From: Phoronis australis
Taxonomy: Eukaryota; Animalia; Phoronida
DNA: 64,000 bases
Assembly (NCBI GenBank): GCA_002633005.1
Contig: NMRA01000668.1
Location: forward strand, 1-64,000
Direction: 5' to 3'
Below the pieces are notes generated by a model. It did no database searches. It was not told where the DNA came from and saw only the letters and a program-made list of their open reading frames with translations. Position numbers and translations under genes: made by a program. How positions within the stretch are numbered: the stretch's first letter is position 1; every line of letters begins with the position of its first letter. This document shows, in pieces, positions 59,701 to 64,000 of this stretch.

Positions 59701-62700
59701 CGTAACTCCCACCAACTTGATTCGACAATGAAAATGTTGATGTGTCTCTGTAATAGTCGGCCGTATTCAAGTTTAATGTGTCCAACAAAAGGCAGACTGT
59801 GCATTGGTTTCTGTTGTGAAGCGTGGAAGAAAAACACTGAGATTCAACCTCATTGCCACAACGGTTACGTACCGTACGTACGACGAGACACTTTTAATCT
59901 TGACGAGATAAATTAAAGGTTTTGGCGGGGTCGGATAAGTTTTCGATCCTGACGTGGGAAATTTTGATCATTTTTTGGTCTTGCTAAGTGAAAATACAGT
60001 TTTGAACTGATTTAATAATTACACATGTAGCCTACATGTCCTATAATTTATTTCGCTTAGTACTAGGTTTTCCCGATGGCCGCCCGCTTAATTAGCACTA
60101 TCAATTTCCACCTCCGGATAAGGTATGGCAGCATGTCGCTCTGTTTAGCTGGCTGAAACACCAAAATCGAATTGAGAGTTTTACCCTCAAGTCACAAAAG
60201 GCGTCGGATACGGTCTTACAGCAAACCCCTTGGTTCCCCGCGTACCGCTAGGTGGTAGCCAGCACGCAGGTATCATTTAATTTTCCTCGGGAATTTTTTT
60301 ACATCGGTGTTTCTTAATGGCTGGTCGATAGGGCCTTCGGCTAACAAACTGGCATGATGGAGGATGTGTAGTACCATAGACTAACAAGTATCTATGGTTG
60401 CACAGACAAATGGATGCATAAAATTCACAGAAGAAATGTGAACCCCCCAAAAATGTGGTTGCGCCTTTTCGGAGTGCATCTTTCTGTTGTGGTTAACTCT
60501 TGTTTACGTTGCTGTCATGTATTCATGCAGTATGAGTAACACACCAGGTAAACTGGCCAGATGTGTGTTTATTGAACATGTATGTGCTTCAAGCACGCGG
60601 CTATTCAACCTTAATACTGCAGAAATGTATAATAGATGCTACTACGCCACTTGCATGACAAGGCTAAAAATGTTCATAGTCTACAATTACCTCACTTTGT
60701 TGTAAAGATCACCAATGCTATCCGAGGTTACATCAACCAAAGATCAAGCGCGTGCCGGCAGCGTTTTTTTATTAGTAACTTCACCAGACGTAGGGGGTTC
60801 TGCGCGTGTGATAACATCTAGCTTCTTTGTTTACTGCCAAGTACACTCTTTTGTCTGTTATGACAACAAACAGGCCACTTAATTATCTACCAGGATTATT
60901 ACAGACCACGTGTGAAGACAGTCAAACTCAAGTGAATTGGTATTCGGATATATAATAGAAAGTCCCAACTTCGAATGCAGTAGGGCGATTTTGGCGATTC
61001 AAAAATTAACGTGAGTGATCACCGTTTGACGAAGACGTCAGAAATGCTATTGGTTTATGTTGAAATATGTTATAACTTAACTTTTATTTTTAACAGCACA
61101 GCCCAGTCAGGGTACAGGTGTAGATACGATCTTATTGAAGATTAGAGCAATTATCGAACAAAATAGAGCTGGCCCTCCAACCATAAATGCCAGAATGGAG
61201 TTAATCAGTCGTGTAAGATATTGGCTACGGGGGTAAACTTCCCAACTTCTGGTTGGGCTATAGAATCGAACAAGTTGGGAGCAACGGGAAGACGCCGTAA
61301 TGAGCGGCTACTGAATGGTACACTTTACCTGCTTGTGATCTCTACACGCAGGAAACCAGCGAGACCGCAAACCCTCTGACACAGCGCGTCACCTATAACG
61401 ACCTTTTGTGGCACTGTGGAAGAGTGGAACCGCAAACCTTACCGAAATTTCGGTGCGAAGAGAGTCTTGTACAAGACTCTGTTTCCTTTCGCACTTGAGG
61501 TAACTGACAACGCGTGCGTACGCTGCGCCAATTTCACATTTGCTATATGAGGTTGGCCAATCCCAGTAAACTTTGAAACATTTTAATGAGGCGTTTATTT
61601 TTTGTGTCGGATATAGAACCCTATCAAGGTATGGAATATTACGAAATCGATATTCTGGAAGTAAACAGCACATTTCTGTTTTTAGCCAGCTATGCAAATG
61701 AAGTTGTAAACAAAACAGCAACGACATAATGTTTTGGGTCAAAATTGTATGAATGTATAATATTTACATTGAATACCCGCTTGGACCGACTCATTATTCA
61801 GCGAGAAAACCAATATTCATACCGTGTCTTAATTATAGTGCAAGTCTCAAGGTGGGGGTAATTTAGCGCAGACTCATTATTTGTTCTTATCAGTCAAACA
61901 ACCGGAGTCAATTTATTTTTCACATAAACAGTTATGGCGAAACCATTTTTTATTGAATACTGATTTCAATTACATTTTATTCTGCAAACATTAGTTTTTG
62001 AAGTTGAGTTGTTTTTCAAAAGCAGTCTTATCTTTGATACGCCGCGTTGTTTATTACATTGTTTTTACTTTGATCGCTACTCTCAATTAACCCTGTTTGT
62101 GCCTGTGAACACAAGTACTAATGAAATATGTTAGCTGAGCTATGTAAGTCCATGGCGCATTGAGTTTAGCGTTGTGCATAACAGTGACTGAGGTGTGCGG
62201 ACCCCGCCCGTTCATTAGCAAACGTAGAAGTCAATATACAGTAAATGATGCATCCAAGTAAAGGGGACTTCTTACGTTGTTGCAAACAGCTTCGTTGAAT
62301 CGACATTAAAAGAGCAGACACTTCAGAACTTCTTGTTGACAAGAAGCTGCGTTCGGGTCCTTGGACAGGTCGGATGCCGTTATGGTCCAGGGCCTTGGAG
62401 CGGTAACCAATGAGCCTGGTTGGCGGCAACCCGCTTTCGCTGGGCTGACGACTAACCACCGCACAGCAACCAGGAGCACCATTAAATTCCTTCGCAGATC
62501 GGTTCATCTGCTGGATGGACTTGCTTCTCAAAACACAGAACTTTGAAAGTCAGGGTCTCTTGAAATCACCGATTGTAAGCAAGGTCGTGCCCGGCACGTG
62601 CTGACGGTGATCACGAGGTGCTACTGCAGCGGTAACTGTTCCGCGTTGGTTAATTTTCTCAATTAAAATACGTACCCGGTCATCACCCGGTAGCGTGACG

Positions 62701-63026
62701 CAGTGACGCTGTTCAGTCTCCGCCTTTGTTCACTTCGACACACTCCGTACTGGACTCATCAAAATTACCTGTTAGTATTGACCTCTTGGCGTCTAAAACG
62801 GTCACACCGACCCAGTGGTGTAGATCCACGGAGATGCAGTACATAAACATCATCTCAAAATTTCCTTGTTCATCTGGTGTATAATCACAGTAACTTTGCA
62901 TCAACATATCGATGCATTCCGTCACACAGCCTGAAATGGTGTGTAAAGTTGACAAACCGAGTTATCGATAGGCCTACATTTATTTCCGATAACTCGATAA
63001 GTTGTTTAACTTATGTCAGATTAGTA

Positions 63027-63090
63027 AACACATACGCAGGCCACACGCACACACACACACGCACACACGCACACACCACACACTCACTCA
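63027..63090. repeat. (CA)n microsatellite
   Basis: Directly visible. Confidence 0.9.
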
Positions 63091-64000
63091 AAGGTCATTT
63101 AGTTTTCGAGAACACGCATAAATTTTAACCATCTACTGTATCTCCAAATCTATCAAACTGTTAATGTTTGCCAAACAAGTTTTCTCGGTGACAAAAGCAT
63201 AGATATATTGGCGGTATGTGGGATGTTTTGTTGGAATCAAAATCAAATTTGTTGATCGATACATACATGAATCATTGATTCCAGAAAGAACATTAGAATT
63301 CGTTACTGTTTCAAAATTGTGAGAAAAGTTTGGAAACATCCTCCCTAAACGTAGGTTCTGACCAGTTCAAATTATTAAAACAAAGATGGCAAAGTTTTGA
63401 GGGCTTGTTTACAAATTGTACAAGCAGAGGACTCCGTGACGCCTATTTTATGAAGATATAAAATTGCTCACTATATTCTATGAACTAGTTGATACTGAAA
63501 CCATCTCAGTTTAACATCAATAGAAAATAATTAAATACATTCAAGTACACATGAAACCCATAGTTAATTCATTGCCAAGTTGAGAAATCCATTTTCCTGT
63601 GTTTCGGTTTTATCTTCAAACTACGAATAAATATATCGCACATTGTTCTATATTCTTTTTTATCTGTTTTAACATTTAAGAATTAATGTGACAGACGCAG
63701 TACAACACTAGTATTTGACTTTCAATCACTGTGCTAGCACACAGTAATGCTTAATCCTATTACAATTAGCTGTTGTGATCGTAGGTCTAAAGTAAAACTT
63801 TGTACAAAAAGCCTCGTAAAGTTTCCATCGGTATCCATTATATCACATACAAATCTTACACCTCTATCAACTGTACGCGTAAATCTGTTAGAAAGTAGAG
63901 TGCTGGTAGTCTGGCCATTTTAACCGGATTTTTCCTCATCCAAGTATACGTTTTTTTGTAACCTTATGGATTGTATGTTCTCCAAGGGTCAACCAATGAA

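Overview
AT-rich, intron-rich animal genomic DNA, probably from a highly heterozygous marine invertebrate (inference). It has single-N contig joins at 17169, 24333, 30084 and 38278. Two convergent genes can be rebuilt by hand from GT-AG exons: PXK (PX domain, pseudokinase, WH2; + strand, 17830-40848, 14 exons, 565 aa) and SLC2A13/HMIT (H+/myo-inositol transporter; - strand, 59159-45350, 9 exons per isoform, 627 aa). The main finding is that SLC2A13 carries two intact, diverged 160-nt copies of exon 2 (TM4-TM5, about 46% aa identity). One has the inositol-transporter signature (NNIFITGGQ) and the other a hexose-porter-like signature ([10 protein letters not shown]), which suggests a mutually exclusive splicing switch in the substrate pocket. 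Other content: a candidate alternative PXK exon, opposed poly(A) signals between the genes, near-identical haplotype duplications at N joins that expose polymorphic TE insertions, Helentron-associated (DINE-1-like) elements with CTCF-like motifs, an inverted pair of tRNA-like repeats, a Penelope fragment, hammerhead-like motifs, and many MITEs and microsatellites. All family assignments are from recalled motifs; no database search was run.
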